Assembly (NCBI GenBank): GCA_963734495.1
Contig: CAVTHK010000012.1
Coordinates: 1 to 64,000, forward strand
Length of the DNA: 64,000 nt
Source: an uncultured Spirochaetota bacterium
GTDB lineage: Bacteria; Spirochaetota; Spirochaetia; SZUA-6; CAVTHK01
Direction: 5' to 3'
Shown here piece by piece: positions 61,554 to 64,000 of this stretch (the stretch's first letter is position 1; each line of letters starts with the position of its first letter). Under the pieces are notes generated by a model. It searched no databases. It saw only the letters and a list, made by a program, of their open reading frames with translations, and had not been told where the DNA came from. The translations under genes and the position numbers were made by a program.

Positions 61554-63076
61554 GAGCCTGTCGGACTTGATCCGCCGCACACGCGGGTCTTGGCCGGTTC
61601 GGGGCGGTCATTTATGGCTTCGGTCCGGCTGAGCGGTGCTTGTTCCCGTTCAGTGCCACTGTCTAGACTTTTGGCCGGATAGCCCCCGCCCCTGATAGCC
61701 TCTTTCATGTCGTTCGCAAGCTCCATATACGCTTTATGTTGTACGCGAGGCACACCAGGTCCCACTCGATGCGGACCCGGTCCAAGCCTCGCATCAGGAA
61801 TTGACGCAGACCCATGGGCGGGCCCTTGATGATGCCGAACACCGGCTCGACGGTGGACGCCCGTTTGCCGTAGATGCGCTTGCCGTCTTCGCTGGTTACC
61901 TTCTCGCGCATCGCTACCAGCCGTGGGTCGGTAACTTTCTTGACGGCCGTCTTCTTCGGAGGGCGGTAGTCGTAGCGGCGGTAGTTGTTGTCCTCGCTGG
62001 CAATCGCAACGTAGAGATCAACCTTCTGCCCAACTCGCTCGATAGCCTCAGTGTTGACGTAGCCGCCGTCGGCCAACATCCGCTGCACGGTCCCGGCAAA
62101 CTCCGGAACGCTCTCCAGAGCCGGCTCCAACTGATTCGCATCGCTGGGAGTGCGGATCACATCGGTAGCCAGCACCAGTTGGCTGCCGTCGCTGTCGACC
62201 ACAGCCTGCGCGTTGTACGCCTGCTCGTAGCTGTCCCGCCGGCTCTTGCGCATCAGGGCGCTATCGGGGTCCGTCAGGTTGATCTGCTGAGAGTCCTTCG
62301 GCAACGAGGGCGGCTGCTCGCTCCCCGCCGAGCCCACATCCCCGCCCTTGTCTTGGCGCTGCGCATCAGCCTCGTCTTTGGCTCGCTGCTCAAGCTCCCG
62401 CCGCGCCTCCTTCATCTTCTCTCGCAGCCGCTCGCGTCGCGCAATCTCATCCGGCAGTTGCTGCTCGTCGAGGCGATCTTCTCGATCGCTGGCCTCGGCC
62501 AGCTCAAGCAGTTTCTGCACGTCCTCGCGCAGCACCCGCTCCAACTCCACCGCCCGATCGTAGCGGATGCTCTTGTGTTTGGAGGCGTTCGCTTTGATGT
62601 GAGTGCCGTCCACGGCCACAGTGCCCACCTTCAACAACCCCATCTGGCGAGCAAGGCGCAACACCTGCTCAAACGTCTCCTTTACCAGTTCACGGTTGTC
62701 TCGGCGAAACGCGCAGATCGTATCGTGGTCCGGATGAGTATTCCCTGTGAGGTACCTCACCGCTATGTCCCGGTGGGTCGCCCGCTCGATCCGGCGCGAG
62801 GAGAACACCCCGTTGGCGTAGCAGTAGATCAACAACGCCAGCATCATCGAGGGCGGATACTGCTTGCTGCCCGTCCCCCGGCTGTTCACCCGCACCGACT
62901 CAAGCTGCATCGTGTCAACCGCGGAGATCACAAAATGCACCAGGTCGTTCTCGGGCACCCAGTCTCGCATATCCACCGGGAGCAGCATCGGCGTCTCCCG
63001 ATCCACGTTCACAAGTCGTTCCGCCACGCCGCCACCTTACCACGCCTTGACCGCACCGCCAAAGTCCGACAGGCTC
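61554..63076 (-). mobile_element. IS1182-type insertion sequence
   Basis: Perfect 15-bp inverted repeats GAGCCTGTCGGACTT, flanked by CTAG duplications (61550-61553, 63077-63080). Confidence 0.9.
61705..63027 (-). CDS. IS1182-family DDE transposase
   Basis: SSRRIE, PDHDTI, VDGTHIKANAS, TDPDS, ADGGY, VEPVFGIIK. Confidence 0.9.
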   Translation of the reverse strand: MAERLVNVDRETPMLLPVDMRDWVPENDLVHFVISAVDTMQLESVRVNSRGTGSKQYPPSMMLALLIYCYANGVFSSRRIERATHRDIAVRYLTGNTHPDHDTICAFRRDNRELVKETFEQVLRLARQMGLLKVGTVAVDGTHIKANASKHKSIRYDRAVELERVLREDVQKLLELAEASDREDRLDEQQLPDEIARRERLREKMKEARRELEQRAKDEADAQRQDKGGDVGSAGSEQPPSLPKDSQQINLTDPDSALMRKSRRDSYEQAYNAQAVVDSDGSQLVLATDVIRTPSDANQLEPALESVPEFAGTVQRMLADGGYVNTEAIERVGQKVDLYVAIASEDNNYRRYDYRPPKKTAVKKVTDPRLVAMREKVTSEDGKRIYGKRASTVEPVFGIIKGPPMGLRQFLMRGLDRVRIEWDLVCLAYNIKRIWSLRTT

Positions 63077-63391
63077 CTAGCGCTGCGCGCGGCGCAGCGC
63101 CGCGGCCACCAGCGCCGGAGACGGCGCTCCAGCGAGCCGCCCCGCGTCACGATACAGGCGGCAGCAGTCCGCGCCTCCCGACGGCTCTGTACCCGCGACG
63201 TCGCGGCCTTCGACGAGGATCGTCGGCGAGCCGAAGCTCCTCGCATACGGCGGGCTTGCGTCCGACCCGCGCTCCCACTCGACCCACTCCGCGGTGAGTT
63301 GCGCTTCGGCAAAGCCCTCCGTCAGCGACTTCCGAGCCGCCTCGACGTTGGGGCAATCACGGTCGTAGATGAGCTCGACTCTTGGGCTCAC
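63077..63391 (-). CDS. Thioredoxin-like small protein (DUF2703-like)
   Basis: DCPN, GSPTILVEGRDV, CCRLY. Confidence 0.7.
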   Translation of the reverse strand: MSPRVELIYDRDCPNVEAARKSLTEGFAEAQLTAEWVEWERGSDASPPYARSFGSPTILVEGRDVAGTEPSGGADCCRLYRDAGRLAGAPSPALVAAALRRAQR

Positions 63392-63508
63392 TGGTCCTCC
63401 CCAGGCATCGATAATGTACCGCTCGCATCGAGGCACCGGCCGACCAGACGGTTCAGCCACGGGGCTCTTCTTGTTGCCCCTGCGCTCGAGCGTTCACAGC
63501 TTTGTCCG

Positions 63509-64000
63509 GTGAAAAAGAGCTGGCGAGCGCCTCTTATGATGCGCCGGAACTATGCCGCACCGTCCCTGTTCAAGCCGGAGAACCTCCTGCGCGAAGGGCG
63601 TCGACAGCTTCGCCGCAAGAGTGGTCGCATACCTTCAGTCTGCCTTCTCGACCCGGACGGGGACATCGCGCGACACTCTGATCGCCACGGGCGAAAGCGC
63701 GCATGAATCCCGCATGGGCCTGTTATCACACGAACCTCTATGACTGCGAGGCGGCCGGCAGGACGATCGGGATCGTTCCCTTCGCGGTCGGCGCCTCGTT
63801 TGCCGTCCTCGTCGCCGAGGAGCTCTTTGCCAGCGGCTGCCGGCTCCTGATCAGCCTGACCTCCGCCGGCCAGATCGATTCGCGCCTTCGACCGCCGCTC
63901 TTCCTCCTGATCGATAAGGCGCTGCGGGACGAGGGGACGAGTTACCATTACCTGCCTCCGGCCGACTTTGCCCGTCTCGACCCTGGCCTGCGCGCCCGTC
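63509..64000 (+). CDS. Nucleoside phosphorylase family protein, partial and frameshifted
   Basis: FKPENLLRE, CLLDPDGD, AVGASFAVLVAEELFASG, ALRDEGTSYHY; runs off the window. Confidence 0.75.

Overview
High-GC bacterial window; the solute-binding-protein signal peptides suggest Spirochaetia, but that is inference only. Two carbohydrate ABC importer operons (0.6-4.2 kb, 46.9-50.4 kb) flank a roughly 39 kb defence and toxin-antitoxin (TA) rich tract. This tract holds a RelE-like/UvrD/TPR protein, AbiE, McrB and McrC, type I Wadjet (jetABCD), about ten small TA modules or remnants, an AEP-primase/SF2-helicase fusion and a 3.9 kb element integrated at tRNA-Asn. The right part has a sugar-acid catabolic cluster (epimerase, TIM paralog, LarA-like), assorted hydrolases, a membrane LuxR regulator with a predicted three-promoter regulon, and an IS1182-type element. 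Main observations: (1) the mcrB-stop/mcrC-start junction is duplicated around a 9.6 kb integrase-free Wadjet+TA insert; (2) the tRNA-Asn element keeps its att cores and candidate arm sites but apparently only the two ends of its integrase; (3) a 49-bp double-palindrome lies at identical spacing before three promoters near the LuxR gene; (4) a structured ~160-nt repeat shows compensatory changes; (5) many genes look leaderless; (6) the IS inserted in a CTAG shared by two convergent stop codons. Many single-base frameshifts look like long-read errors. All family calls come from motif recognition by eye, not database searches.
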